Shown here: positions 24,201 to 37,687 of the stretch, piece after piece | Numbering within the stretch: position 1 is the stretch's first letter | Layout: each line of letters opens with the position of its first letter | Assembly (NCBI RefSeq): GCF_018350175.1 | Contig: NC_058368.1 | Coordinates: forward strand, 100,752,001-100,816,000 | From: Felis catus | Taxonomy: Eukaryota | DNA length: 64,000 nucleotides | Direction: 5' to 3' | Position numbers and translations under genes: made by a program | The notes under the pieces: generated by a model | The model's database searches: none | The model's input: only the letters and a program-made list of their open reading frames with translations | What the model was told of the DNA's origin: nothing

Positions 24201-25731
24201 GATGCACTTTTCCCAGTCATGGCCCTTCATGGACTGCTAGTTCCCCTTGAGGGAGGTGCCTCTGTTTTGTATTGTTGAATGCACTTGACCGGTTTTGTTT
24301 TCTTTAGTTCTTAGACTTTTTAAGAATACCAGCGTTTATAAAATGCAAAGTTGAAGAGAGGGAGTAGTCCAGGAAAGTGCTGGTTTGGGTTTTCTGTTGT
24401 TTTTGTTTGTTTGTTTTATTTTTGTAAGTTGCCAGGAAGAAATAACCGGTCCTCACTCCCTTTTTCCTCTTTTCTCGCATGGTCAGCGGTCTCTGAAGTT
24501 GAGTGTTCCTGTTTTTGTCAGAGGAAACACTGTTAACTCTAATTGGCCTCCTAGATCCATTTCAGGTTTGAATTGCTTTGCATTTAAATGAAGTCACCCA
24601 CACTTCATAGCCCAGTTTTAAGTGTGTGTGTGTGTGTGTGTGTATTAAAATGTAAGCAAATTGCCCAGAGGTTTGTTTACCTTAGGCTGTACTTCTTTAT
24701 AAAGTGCTTTTGTAAGCTTTCTTGGCTCGTGCAACTCTACACCAAATCAATTGGAAATTACTGTAAAATGTCCATTATCTAAAACTCAGCTGAAACTTGG
24801 AACTTCCGGGAACCGTTTTCATCACTGACCATACTCTGCGAGTTGTATATACAGGTTCCCAGCCAAATCTCACCTCCCCTTAGATTATATGCTTCTTGAG
24901 GCTGGGGATAGTGCCTTGATCATCTTTGTGTTCCTCACAAAATCTTGAACATTTGCATTTAGTAAATGTTTGCTGTATTTATTGTCAAAACCAGCATCTC
25001 CTAAGAATTAGTAAAAATTGCCTAGCAAAACAGATCAACCTTTGAGTTTGTCTTTTTAACCTTTTATACGTACCATGTAGCTGGCTTAAAATGTATTGAG
25101 AGTGAGTGTCTATGCTGAATTCTAAGACCTGTATTTCCTTTGAGGACTATGAACGTTTTCCACCAGCTAGGATCAAAACAAACTACTGACCTAGTGTGAA
25201 CTAGAATTCTGTGAACGCTAAGCGTTCTGTTTAATTGAGGCTTTTCAGAGTTGAGTAGCAGGAGCTGTAAATTTCTATTTCCCATTTGGATGGGACTTTT
25301 AAATAAGGTATTTGACTTTTTCAATAAAAGTCTGCAGAAGTTTAAGTATGAATAAATTTATCTTGGTTGGTGCAATGTGAAAGTTGTAAAGTTGGGTTTG
25401 ATTGTTAATCTAAACCCTTATGTTATATAGACTCATTCAGGTTATTAGTTTTAAGGTAATATAACAGATTTGTAAAATCATAATCTTCCTTGCTTTCCAA
25501 ACTGTTATGGGGGGGATGGATCTATAGCAGTGTTTTTTAGTATACCTAAACTACTCTGAAGGAATGTTCTTTCTCAGCCCTCCACTTTTGTTTTCAAAAG
25601 TGCTTCTCAAACTTGAGAGTGTAGGGGAGACCATAGGGTTCTTGTTTGAAATGTAGATGCCTTCTCCTCACTGGAATCTGCGTGTTGAATGCTCAAGATC
25701 TTCAAACTTTATACATAACTTACCTAGGGAT

Positions 25732-25733
25732 AC

Positions 25734-25777
<44 letters not shown>

Positions 25778-25855
25778 ATAATTTATTGTAAAATTGGTTT
25801 CCGTACAACACCCAATGCTCATCCCAACAGGTGCCCTCCTCAATGCCCGTCACCC
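25732..25855 (-). mobile_element. Ultra-short felid L1 3' stub with (CA/TG)n tail, inside a MER5-like element (~25600-25960)
   Basis: 'tttattgtaaaattggtttccgtacaacacccaatgctcatcccaacaggtgccctcctcaatgccc'; TSD ACCTAGGGAT (25722-25731, 25856-25865). Confidence 0.85.
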
Positions 25856-26569
25856 ACCTAGGGATCTTGTTATAGTGCAAATTATGGTTCTGTAGGGCTG
25901 GGATAAGGCCATTATTATACATTTTTAACACATTCCTCCTGGCATTGCTTCTGGTCCATAGACAATAAGTTGCAAAGCCTCAGGTGATTGTGATGCAGAT
26001 CATCTACTTCGAATAGTTAACCTAAACTGTAAATTGAAAGTCAGATTTACAGATAAATGTATTTTAATTAAAGAAAAAGTAAGCATTTAAAAATTTATAT
26101 TATTTCTGTAGAAACTTTTTAAATTGATTGAAATTCATAGAAGTGGAAATCAAATTATAGACATTTTCGATGACAGTAAGCTTGTAATGACCGTACAATT
26201 TGGTGTATGATATTAGTCTATTTTTAACACAGTATTGGATTCCTTTCCTTTCACAATTAAGAACAGTCCCATAAAGCCAAATTCAGTAAATGAAGCATAT
26301 TTAAAAATTACAGTGTTTCTGTCGTGTTGTGACTATGAAACAAGAAATTGGTGGAAGCTGGCATGGGGGCAGAAAATAGAATGAGAAGGGGAAAACATCT
26401 AGTGAAGGCTTTTTGGTACCAGAGAGCAAGGCTTTAAATTGTTTACGAATATTGCTTTTTCCTTAAATGATACAACCCTAAGCTTAAAAGGTGCTTCCCA
26501 TAAAGAATCATGGAGAAATAAGACAACACCTTTAAAAAAAAAAAGTCAGGAAATATATGCCTTTTCTCT

Positions 26570-27830
26570 ATTTTATACAGCTATATTGAAGTATAATTCA
26601 TATACCATACACTTCACTCATTTAATGTGTACAATTTAATGGTTTTTACTATATTCACAGATATGTGCATCCATCACCACAGTTAGTTTTAGAACATGTT
26701 CATCACCTCAAAAAGAAGCTCTATGGTTTTCAGCTATCACTCCTTGCCCCCATTCCCCAAATCTCTTAACCACTAATTAAATTTTTGTCTCTATAAACTG
26801 TTCTGGACTTCTGTGAGTGAAATCATATGATATGTATTTTTTCATGACTGGCTTATTTCACTTAACATAATGTTTTCACAGTCTGTACTTCATTCCTTTA
26901 TGGAATTGAATGAAATGGAATAATCCATTGTGTGGGTATACTACATTTTGTTTATCCATTCATCAGTTGATGGGCATAGGGGTTGTTTCCACGTTCAGGT
27001 TGTTGTTAATGCTGCAGTAGATATTTGTACAAGCAGAATTACTGGGTCTTAGGTTAACTTTACATTTAATCGTTTGAATAATTGCCAGACTGGTTTCCCA
27101 AAGTGGCTGCGCCATTTTACATTTCCACCAGCCATGTATGAGGGTACCAGTTTCTCCACAGCCTCACCAACACCCGTTATTATGACTTTTTTTTCCATTC
27201 TGTTTATCTTAATGGTTGTTAAATGCTATTTTTGTGTGGTTTGATTGAATTGTTTTTGGTGACTAAAGATGTTGCAGATCTTTTCATGTGTTTGTTGGCC
27301 ATTTGTATATCTCTTCAGAGATATACAAATATCTGAATGTCTCTTCAGATCCTCTGCTCATTTTTTAATTGAGTTGACTTTTACTGAGTTATAACAATTA
27401 TTTATATATTCTAGATAGAAGTTCCTTATCAGATACATAATTTGCAGATGTTTTCTCCCACTTTCTTTGTTGTCTTGTCATGTTCTTGATGGTATCCTTC
27501 TAAACACATTTTTAAAAAATTTGATGAAGTAAAATTTATTTTAAAAATTTTGTTTCTCATGCTTTTCACTGTCGTATCTAAGAATCCCCTGCCAAAGCTA
27601 AGGTCATGAAGATGACCATGTGTGTTTTCTTCTAAGAATTTTATGGTTTTGGCTCCTTTAAGTCCTTGATCCGTTTTGAGTTAATTCTTGTATATGTAAT
27701 GAGGTAGGGTCCACCTTTGTTCTTTTCCATTTGGCAATTCAGTTGTCCCAGCACCATTTGTTGAAAAGATTATTCTTTCCCCCTATGAATGATAATTGGC
27801 ACCCTTATTGAAAATGACTTGACCATAGGT
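26570..27830 (-). mobile_element. Old L1 (L1M) 3' fragment
   Basis: L1 3' UTR and ORF2-end motifs on - strand. Confidence 0.85.
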
Positions 27831-29599
27831 GCTCACACCTGGTTCTCAGACTAACCTCAGTCTAAATTTAGGTCAGTTGAAGTTAAGAAGAGGACGATAG
27901 TTTGCCCATGATAGGGATTATAGAGCATTTAAATGAAATTTCCAGATGGGAGGCTCACAGGTCTTAAAATTCCTTTTCTCTAACCCCATGCTGCTCTAAG
28001 CGTTTGGAAGACATTCTGCTTGGTTGACTTCAGCAAATACTTGGGTATTTACCCTCTCCCGTACTATATGGATCATCATCAGAGTGCAAATATCAGCAAC
28101 TACTGCAAATCTTTGAGGACAGAAAATCTCCAGTGGAGAAGAAGGAGGTGTACAGAAAACTCCGATACAGATTGTGATTTTATGGTCTGAAAACACAACC
28201 AGTTTTCACTGAAAGTACCACTGAAACATGGGGAGATTTTTATTCCTATCAGTGTTCCTGACACATAGTAGATGAACACTAAATGCTTCTCTTGGCTGGG
28301 AAAAGCTCATTGAAGAGGTAATATTTAAGAGAGACCTCAAAGGGGTAATGAAATTTCCAAGTGGGAGAATAGCAAGGGTCACTTGAGGGTCAGTCCATAT
28401 TCTAAGGAACCATAAAAAATTCAGAGTGGCTGAATAGAGGATGTTACAAGTTTACTATGTGGTGAAATTGTGAAGGACTTTGGAGTAGGTGGGTGAGAGC
28501 TATGAAAAATTGTTATGGCAGTAACTTGATTATCTAGGAGGATTAATGTACTAGTAGTCTGAGGGATAAATTTGAGTGGGAGGTATTATTGATAAGTCGA
28601 TGAGTTGGAAGCTATTTTAAGTTTGAGGTTGAAGACCTGAAAAAGGAAAGCAAGTGCAAATAATAAAGGAGAAAAGGAAATTGATGCAACAGTATATGAA
28701 AAGTTAGACATCTAAAGACTTACAATGTCTCCCTCTCTTCAGGCAATTCTTAGACAAAGGAATTACAAGTTTTATTTGGGGCTACATTACAGCAATTAAG
28801 AGAACATCAAGCAGCTAGAGATGCCCATGGGCTAGAAATGTTGTTTCGTGAATGTGTCATAAACTTACTGAATGATTATATTAAACGAGGCTGGACATCT
28901 AGTCCCTGCCCTAAGGAGTGAGTGTATAAACCATCAAAAGTCAATGTAATAAACCCAGCTCTGTGAACGAATGCCTGCAATACCAGATGTTACATGTGTA
29001 ATTGAAATACGTATGTGCTACAAAATAGTGTAGAAGACTAGAGTGACTTAATTACATAGAAATGATCTTTGAGATCTTGAAAATGGTTGGAATTATCAAA
29101 TGAAAATAAGAGTATGACAAGGGACTGTTGACAAAGACCTGCTCAATTGGTATGTCTTGTACCTATGCAACAGGTAGTAGCAGTATATGTTTTCTTCTGT
29201 TTTCTGATCTCTAGGTAGGCCTCCAATTTTAAATGTACTAATTTTTCTGAAAATTTCTTTATGAATTACGTGTGTGTCAGAGCAAAAACATTTTGCATTC
29301 AGGTATTTTAAGGGGTGAGCACTGAAAATTATTAGAAAGATTTATGAGCAGCCTGACTCTAGTTGACCACTTTCCCTTAAAGCTATTAAAGTGAGAGATT
29401 TTAGAATGAATGGTTTTTAGTGTCTGTTAAATGTTATACGAAGTTGCTTGAGGCAGAGTTGCTCACTTTGTTGTGCTTTTTTCTTAAAAAGAATGAAATT
29501 TGCCTTTACTGTTAATTTTACAAATACCCACTTTCCTATGAAGTTGAACTGTTGTTTGTTTTTCCTGTGATGATAGTTTTTACTGGAGGCAAAATTTAC

Positions 29600-30140
29600 C
29601 TCAATTTTATTCAAATTTTATACCTCAAAGTTTATTCAATTTAGTAAAGTGCATTACCACCTCACTCAGGATAGAGACCACTTCCATCACCTAAAAAAAT
29701 TTTCTCACAGAGTTAACCCCTTCCCACTCCCAGTCTCTGGCAACCAGTGATGTCTTCTGTCTAGTTTTGTCTTTTTTTCAGAATGTCGTATAGATTGAAT
29801 CATACAGTATGAAATTTGGAGTCTAGCTTCTTTAATTTAGTATCAAGTGTGAGACTCAGAGATGTTGCAGAGATCAGTAGTTCAGTCCTTTTTATTTCTG
29901 AATTTAATATTCCATTGCATGTATGTCTCACAGTTGATTGTTGTTGAAAGACAGTTGTGTCTTTCACAGCTTCTTTCAACTGTGTCTTTCCAACTTCTGG
30001 CACTAATGAGTAAAGCCAATATAAACATTGATGTGCAAGTTTTTGTATGAACATAGTGTTCATTTCTTTTGGGTAATACTTAAGGATTGCTGGGTTGTAT
30101 GGTAATTATGTTTTGACTTTGTAAGAAACTGCCGTACTTT
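29600..30140 (-). mobile_element. Old L1 3' fragment
   Basis: 'ttcagtccttttatttctga..tattccattg..gattgctgggttgtatggt..agaaactgcc'. Confidence 0.75.
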
Positions 30141-30689
30141 CTGCCACAACGGTTTAAGGGAGGTGAAGTCATTTGCTTTTAGTCCCATGAGTTAATGACT
30201 GTAGTAATAATGTAATTCAAGACGATATCCATTAGGGCAGTGTTCTCTGAGTCTGAAAATTGTTAATCTATGGTTTCATTAAAACAGAAGCATGATGTTT
30301 CAATATAAAAGCATGTCGGTGTATTTCCTGGTGTCATAAAAGTTATTTTAATATAGAAATTTTATCCTTATTCCGAGAGTCACATTTTATATGTATTACT
30401 GAGTGTTGCAATCTTGACAGCTAGCCCCAGGGAAACTTTTGTGCAGCTAGATTTGTCTGTTTTCATCTTTGGTCAAGTTTCTATTCATTTCATCTTTGAA
30501 ATCTTATAAAATTATAGAAGAGTCAGAGGAGGGAAGGCAAGGAGGGAAGGGAAGGGAAAGAAAGCAAAGAAAGAAACTGTCAAGCTCTTTCCAAAGTAGA
30601 TCTATCATTAATTACATTCCCATAGCAGTGAATGAGAATATGAGTTGTTCACATCCTGTCTGCATTTATTAGTATCAGTTTTTCTTTTA

Positions 30690-31075
30690 GGTAGTGCTGA
30701 GCTTGAGACTGGCTTCTGTTGGCTTGAAAGAAGCGATTGTTAAATTTTCAGGGATTTGTAAGCTGGTTATTAAACACAGCCATTGTTAAAATTAAGTTAT
30801 ACAAACATATTTAAATGAATTATATTAAAAATTATGGTAATAAGTATTCAAAACTTGTCACTTCCTAATTTCATTACTACTTTTTATTATTTTTATGCTC
30901 TTGAGGTCATATGTCTATTGTATTTTATGGTGCAAAGTACGTATCTTCTCAAGTCCACTTTCAGGGAGGGGTAAGCAGCCACAGCAGGCACATTTATACC
31001 ACACATCAGCAAAAGCTATAAATCAGAGTCTTCTCCCCCAAAGACCTGGTTGCTAAGCATTATTCAGCACACTAG
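30690..31075. mobile_element. MER63-like hAT-Blackjack relic
   Basis: 'cgattgttaaattttcagg..ctggttgctaagcatta..cagcacact' termini. Confidence 0.6.
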
Positions 31076-34000
31076 AGATTTTTAGCCATTCTAACAGGTT
31101 TCTACCGTTACCCCATTGTAATTTTAATATACAGTCTCTAATAGTGCTTTTGAGTGTCTTTTTATGTGCATATTCACTGTCTGAAAATTATCTTTAGCGA
31201 TGTCCTTCCTTTCACATCTTTTGCCCGTTTAAAAATTTGGATTTCCTTATTGAGTTTTGAGAATTCTTCATGTATTCTAATTATGCATCCTTTGCCAGAT
31301 AAATGTTTTGCAAATATTTTTTCCTACTCTGGCTTGTCTTTTTATGCTATTAACATTAGCTTCCACAGAGTAAAAGTTTATTATTTTGGTGAAGTTCAGG
31401 TTAGTTCTTTTGTTGTTGTTGATAGTACTTGGTATGTCACATAAGATATCCTTTCCTAACGCTAACCCAAGGCGACAAAGGTTTTACTTATGTTTCCTTC
31501 TAGAAGTTTTGTAATTTTTCTTTTACATTTTGGTGTAACAGGATTCATTATGAATTAATTTTCATGTGAGTTGAAGTGTCTAGTTTTTTGCATATAGATA
31601 TCTAGTTGTTCCAGCACCATTTATTGGAAGCTAATCATATTGTTAAGGTTTGTTTTGTGGCTGAAAATATGGTCTTTTGTGGTAAATATTATGTTTGCAC
31701 TTCAAAAGGATGTATGTAGTCAGATGTTGATGGCTGGAGTGTTCTATAATTGTTGGTCATGTTGGTTCGTTTTATTTTTCAAAATATACAACATCACCAG
31801 TGAATCCCACATGCTTTAGGCTAAGTTAAAGAAGCTAGACTTAAAAAGTTTCTTGATGAGTTGTCTTTGCATCTTTGTCAAAGATCAGTTGAGCATATAT
31901 ATGTATATATATGTGCATGTCTATTTCTGGACTCCAGTCTTTGTCACTGTTTATTGACTCTCCTTTTGCCAATTGTATGCTGTCTTACTGTAACTAAGTC
32001 TTGAAATTAGCGAATGTGAATCCACTGACTTCTTTCAAAATTGTTTTGGTTGTTCGCCTTTTTTTGCCTTTCCATATAATTTTAAAAGCAATTTTTGACT
32101 TCTACCAAATAGGTCACCTGAGATTTTAATTGGGATTGTGATGAATCCATAGATTAGTTTGGGGAGAATTAACATATTAACAGTATTGAACATTTAAGCA
32201 TAAATGTACTATTTCTATTTATTTAGGTTTATTTGATTTTTTCCATCAGTGTTTGTAGTTTTCAGCATACCAATCTAGTACATGTTGTGTGAGTTTTATA
32301 CCTGTTTTGTGGTTTCTTTTACATTTGCTCATTGGTGGCATGTTGACCCTCTATCCAGCAAATGTGCTAAACACTCATTAGTTTTAGTAGCTTTTTTCTA
32401 GAGTCCTTGGGATTTTCATGTACATAATCATGCTATGATTAGAGTTTTATTTCTTTGTTTCCAGTGTTTACGCCTTAATGTAATAACTAAGATTATCGGC
32501 ATAATTTTGAATAGAAGTGGTAAAGTGGATACCATTTTCCTTTTTGTGAACTTAGAAGAAAAATATTCTTTCTCTCAAATATGTTATCTGTTAGGTTTTT
32601 CTTTTAGGTGTCCTTCATCAGGTTAAAGAAATTCTGTTTATTTTCTGAAATTTTGTACTCATGAATGGATGCTGGTTTTGGCAAATTCTTTTTTTGCATT
32701 TAATAAGTTAATCATGTAGTTTTCTTCTTAGGTTAATGATGACATGGATTATGTTGATTGATTTTTTTAAAACATTGAATAAACCTTGCATTCCTGGGAT
32801 AAGCCCCGAAGTCATAAATGTGCTTACCCTTTTTATATGTTGCTGCATTCAGTTTGATAGCATTTGTTTCGGCTATTGTATCTGTCATGCTAGATATTTG
32901 TATAGTATTTTCTTTTACTTACAATGACTTTGTTTGATTTTCGTACCAGAAATGCTGGTCTCATTAAAGGAATTGGAGAATGTTTATTTCTCTTCTATAT
33001 TCTTGAAGAGGTTGTATGGATTAATCTTCTATCTTCTTTAAACGTTGCTAGAACTCACTAGTGAAGTCACCTGAGCATGTAGTTTTGTTTTTGGAAGACC
33101 TTTAACTTCAAATTCATTATCTTTAGTAGCTGCAGGACTGTTTCTTCTTGTTGAGCTTCTGTAGTATGTGTCTTTCAAGGAGTTTGTTCATTCAGTCTAG
33201 GTTGTGAAATAGGCATAAGTTTTTTCATAATACTCTTATTTTCCTGTGACAATGTCTGTGGGGTCTCTTGGTGATGCCTTTGCCTTTTCATTCCTAATAT
33301 TCGTAACTTATGTCTTCTGTTTATTCATGTATTTTTTTGTTCATTTATTTTAATCTCTAGAGCATATCTTGGGATCTTTTTAAAGAATCATCTTTTTTTT
33401 TGCTTTCTTGATTTTTTTTTTTTTTTCTGTTGTTGGTAGAGGCTTCGATCATTGATTTGAAATTTGGTTGGTCTTTTGGTTTTTTTTTTTTTGAGTATTA
33501 GTAGTTAGCTATATATTTCTTTGTAAGCACTGCTTTAGCTGCATCCCACAAATTTTGTTACTGTGTTTTGTTTTTATTCAATTTAAACTCTTCTCTACTT
33601 ACCCTGGTGACTTACTCTTTGACCTCTGGATTATTTAGACATGTGTTAATTTCCCAAATTAGGGAATTTTCTCAGTAGCTTTCTATGATTTCTAGTTTAA
33701 TTTGATTATGGTCAGAGAATGTTTTATGATTTTAGTTCTTTTAAATTTGTTAAGGTTTGTCTTTTGGCCTAGAATATGGTCTGTTACGGTGAATATTTTG
33801 TGTGCGCTTGAAAAGAATGTATATAATCTAATGTTACTGTTGGAGTGATCTTTAAATGTTAAGTCAAGTTGGCTAAAGTATTTTCCAGCTCTCCTCTATG
33901 TTGCCTTATTACATACCTGTTCTATCCATTGCTGAGAGAAGAGTGCTGTAGTCTCCCAATATAATTGTAGACTTAAATTTTTTAATTTATAGTTTCAGTT

Positions 34001-34133
34001 CAGTTTTTTCTTCATATTGAAGCTTTATTGTTAGACACATAGACATTTAGTATTGTTATGACTTTTTGGTAAATTGATGATCATTTTATCGTATCATCCC
34101 CTCTTTATTGCTGATAATACTTTATTGCTGATA

Positions 34134-34172
34134 ATACTACACTTGATCTTAGCCAAAAGGCTGAGAATCGAT
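34134..34172 (-). pseudogene. 3'-truncated U2 snRNA retropseudogene (U2 nt ~1-39)
   Basis: Reverse complement ATCGATTCTCAGCCTTTTGGCTAAGATCAAGTGTAGTAT versus recalled U2 5' end ATCGCTTCTCGGCCTTTTGGCTAAGATCAAGTGTAGTAT (2 mismatches); flanked by direct repeats. Confidence 0.92.
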
Positions 34173-35118
34173 TGCTGATAATACTTCTTATTCAAAGTTT
34201 ACTTTATCTGATGTTAATGTGGCACTCTGTCTCTGTTTTGATTGTTTGCATGATATATTTTTTCCATTCTTTTACTGTTAACTTACCTATTGTCTTTAAG
34301 TTACTTTTTTTTGTAGGGAGTATATTGTTGTGTATTGCTATTTTTGTATCCAGTCTAGCTATCTCTGTCCTCTAATTGGTGTATTTAATGTAATTATTGG
34401 TGTGATTGGATTAGCTCTGTTTGTTCTGTTTTTCCCTCTGTTTCTACCTATGTTTCTCCCTTTCTCCTTTCTTTTGTATTATCTTAATGCTTGCAAGTAT
34501 TTAATTTTAATTTATCTACTGGATTTTTTGCTTTATCTCCCCTTCCTCTAAGTATATAAATATACTTCTATACATATGTATATAGAATACATATATACAT
34601 ATGTGTATCTACATATATTTATAAAGAAGGTAGTTGCTGTAGGGATTACAAAATACATACCTAATGATTTATAGTCCAATTAGAGTTAATGTTATACTTA
34701 TAAAAATAAAATGCAGATTCTTATGACCATTTACCTCCCTTTATATTAATTTTCACATGTATTATGTCTCTATACATTAAAAACCTTACCAATGTTTTAA
34801 GTTTTGCTTTCATAGTCATACACATTTTAAATAACTTAAGAGAAGGAAAATGGTCTATTATATTTCTCTAGTTAGTTACTACTTCTGTAATTCTTACTGT
34901 ATTCTTGAAGTTCCAAGTCTTTGTTATTCATATCTGGTATCTTCGGGCTGAAGATTGTCTTTAAGGCCCTCCCCATTTTTTAGATTTATTTATTTGTTTT
35001 TTAAGAACTAGCCTGGTGATGGTAGATCCCTATAGTTTTCTTTCATTTGACAGTATCTTTATTCCAACTTTGTTCCTGAAGAATATTTTTGCTGGATATG
35101 GAATTATGTTTACAATTC

Positions 35119-35344
35119 TTTTTTTTTTTAATTTTTTTTTTAACGTTTATTTATTATTGAGAGACAGAAGCAGAGCATGAGCATAGGAGGGGCTGAGAGA
35201 TGGGGAGACCTAGGATCCGAAGCAGGCTCCAGGCTCTGAGCTGTCAGCACAGAGCTCAATGCAGGGCTCGAACTCACAAACCCAGAGATCATGACCTGAG
35301 CTGAAGTCGGAGACACTTCACCAACTGAGCCACCCAGGCACCCC
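35119..35344 (-). mobile_element. Can-SINE
   Basis: Full body on - strand. Confidence 0.9.
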
Positions 35345-35479
35345 TGTTTCCCCACCACACACCCCTCCCCCCCAGCGCTGTGAAGACACTGTGCCACTGT
35401 CATGGTTTTTTTGATGAGAAATATGAAGTCTTTGTAATTGTATCCCTAAATGGAAATTTTTTCTTTAGCTGCTTCAAGT

Positions 35480-35631
35480 TGTTGTTTTTTTGTTTGTTTG
35501 TTTGTTTTAAGTAGACTTTACACTCAGCACAGAGCCCAGTGCGGGGCTTGAACTCATGACCTGAAATGAAGACCTGAGCTCAGATCAAGAGTTGGACACC
35601 TAACCTAACCAGCTGAGCTACCCAGGCACCC
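35480..35631 (-). mobile_element. Short Can-SINE
   Basis: Head on - strand; (TTTG)n tail; TTCAAGTT flanks. Confidence 0.8.
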
Positions 35632-35967
35632 TTCAAGTTTTTTTATTTTTAATCTTTGGTTTTCAGCCACTTTTTATGATGTGGCTGGGTATGGTTTTCT
35701 CTGAAGCTGTCCTCTTAGAGTTAGCTTGTTCTCAAATCTGTAAATTTATGTCTTTGAACAAATTTGTGAAGCTTTCAGCCATCATTTCTTGAAATATTTT
35801 TGTGCACTTCTTTTTGGGATTTCAGTGACATGAATGTTTGACTTTTTAATATTGTTTCACAGGTCCCTGAGGTTCTGCTTTCTTTTTTTCCCCATTTTTT
35901 CTCTTGTCTTTTATTCAGATTGGTTATTTTCTAATGATCTGTCTTCATGTTTACTGATTTTTTTCCT

Positions 35968-36600
35968 GTCAAGAACTGTATAAAGTCTGAAGTTTTATCA
36001 TCCTTGTAAGCTAACACATTAACTTGTTTTATGGTTGCTGGAAGAAGACTTGATGAAGTACCTTTTTTTTTTTTAATGTTTTTAAAATTTATTTTTGAGA
36101 GAGAGAATGGGACAGAGTGTGAGCAGGGGAGAGACAGAGAGAGAGGGAGACACAGAATCCAAAGCAGGCTCCAGGCTCTGAGCTGTCAGCAGAGCCTGAT
36201 TCCTGGCTGGAACCTGTGAACTGCAAAATCATGACCTGAGCCAAAGTCAGAAGCAAGTCAGAGGCTCAATCCGGCTGAGCCACCCAGGCGCCACCCCCTT
36301 GATTAACCACTTTTACTCCAAGCATAGCAGACAGCATGAGTATCATGTTTGTGACAATTTCCCTTGCCTTTTTTTTGACAGGGTGGCGTGATGGGGTGTG
36401 GGGGGGGTTGTGGGGGGAGTGGAGGTTGATACTGTACCTGCCTTTGATCTGTGTCACAGCTGAAGAACTTGAGATTAGAGAACCCAAATCATTTATAATA
36501 GGCAGTAAGTGTGCCTGTTCTTTGCTCTAGAGGGGACATTGTATTATACCAGACAGTAAACAAATCTAGTCTTTGGAAAAGACACAGATTACCTTTTTTT
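35968..36600 (-). mobile_element. Old ERV LTR fragment with a SINE (36063-36292) inserted
   Basis: 'tgtcaagaactgt..gtctgaagttttatc..cttgtaagctaaca..gctggaagaagac' resembles a recalled eutherian LTR end; family uncertain. Confidence 0.55.
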
Positions 36601-37687
36601 TTCCAAGGCTGTTTCCCAGAAACATTGCCATCTATTAGAGTTGTAGCTGCCTGCATTGTCACACTCTTTTGCTCAACTTGGGCCACCCTTGCAGAAAAGC
36701 AGTGAAAGAAAAGAGAGAAAATACTGATGAAGATTTCTGGGTCCCCTTTTCCCAGTTCAGCTGGTTACACAAGTAAACTTTTTTCTTGGGGTTTTAGTTG
36801 TCAATGCTCTCAGCACTGCTGCTTTCATGCACTTAAGCAACTGGGTCTGGCCTCAGGTCAGGGCCAAGAGAGACAACGGGGTAGGGATCCGAAGAAAAGG
36901 AAAAGAATTTTGCACCTACATTCTCTTGATAGCAGGGGCCCTGGTGTTATAGTCAGAAAAAAGGAGTTTTCTTGGCATCATTGCTGTTCACACTGCTAGT
37001 ATGGTTCTGCAGTTGGAGCCATTCTCAGGAAAAGTTAAAAGAGAAAAGAACGGGGGGAAAACCCATAAAATTCACCCTCACATTTTTGTCTCTTTCCCCA
37101 GTCTACCTGCCATTAGTTACTTTAAGTCTTTGTGCATTGTACTCTATCCAGAGATTTTAGTGTTAATCAGTGGGAGAGAAAGGGGTCTAGGGGGCTTCTT
37201 TAATGTTACTTGGAATCTTAAACACTACTTTTTAATTGAAGAGATACTAGCAACAGCCTTGGAACTTATTATAGAAATGTTCAGCACGCTACTAGGTGAT
37301 GATGTAGGGAGAAAAAATAAACATTTATGAAAAATTTTGCGGTCTCTACAATTGCGTATCTTGGAGAATTAGTTCTGATCACCCAGAACATGTGCTCCCG
37401 GCAAAGAAATCATCAACGTTCCATCAGGTCCTCATTCACGGCCGCTGTCTCCATACTCCTGTTCATCGCATGGAGAGGCAGGGGCAAAAATAAGTCCTCA
37501 CTCAGCCTTTAGTGAGTGACAGCTCCAGTTTAGTGTACAAGTTATATATAGGACCTTAGTGCTCATATCTTGCTCAGTACAAGAATATCTTAGTTTTAAT
37601 GAATGTCTGGAAGCTGAATCGTGTATAGGTGCCTACTATTCTCATATATTGGCATACTATAAACATCTTTAGTGCCAGTGTGCTTCA

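Larger units (their letters stand above)
31080..35960 (-). mobile_element. Long degenerate old L1 (L1M), antisense to SNX2, interrupted by U2 copy and SINEs
   Basis: T-rich L1 ORF2-derived motifs such as 'gttccagcaccatt', 'ccttgcattcctgggataa', 'gctgcatcccacaaatttt'. Confidence 0.8.

Noticed and set aside
23286..24240. Multiple GC-rich ORFs on both strands around exon 1
   Set aside because: Stop-codon scarcity in a CpG island; only 23599-23706 matches SNX2 and ends at a canonical donor
37292..37386. Possible intronic box C/D snoRNA (GTGATGA 37296-37302, CTGA 37375-37378, flanking ggtga/tcacc)
   Set aside because: Terminal stem overlaps box C so k-turn geometry is wrong, no C'/D' boxes, and no rRNA/snRNA-complementary guide recognised; an Rfam/snoscan search would settle it
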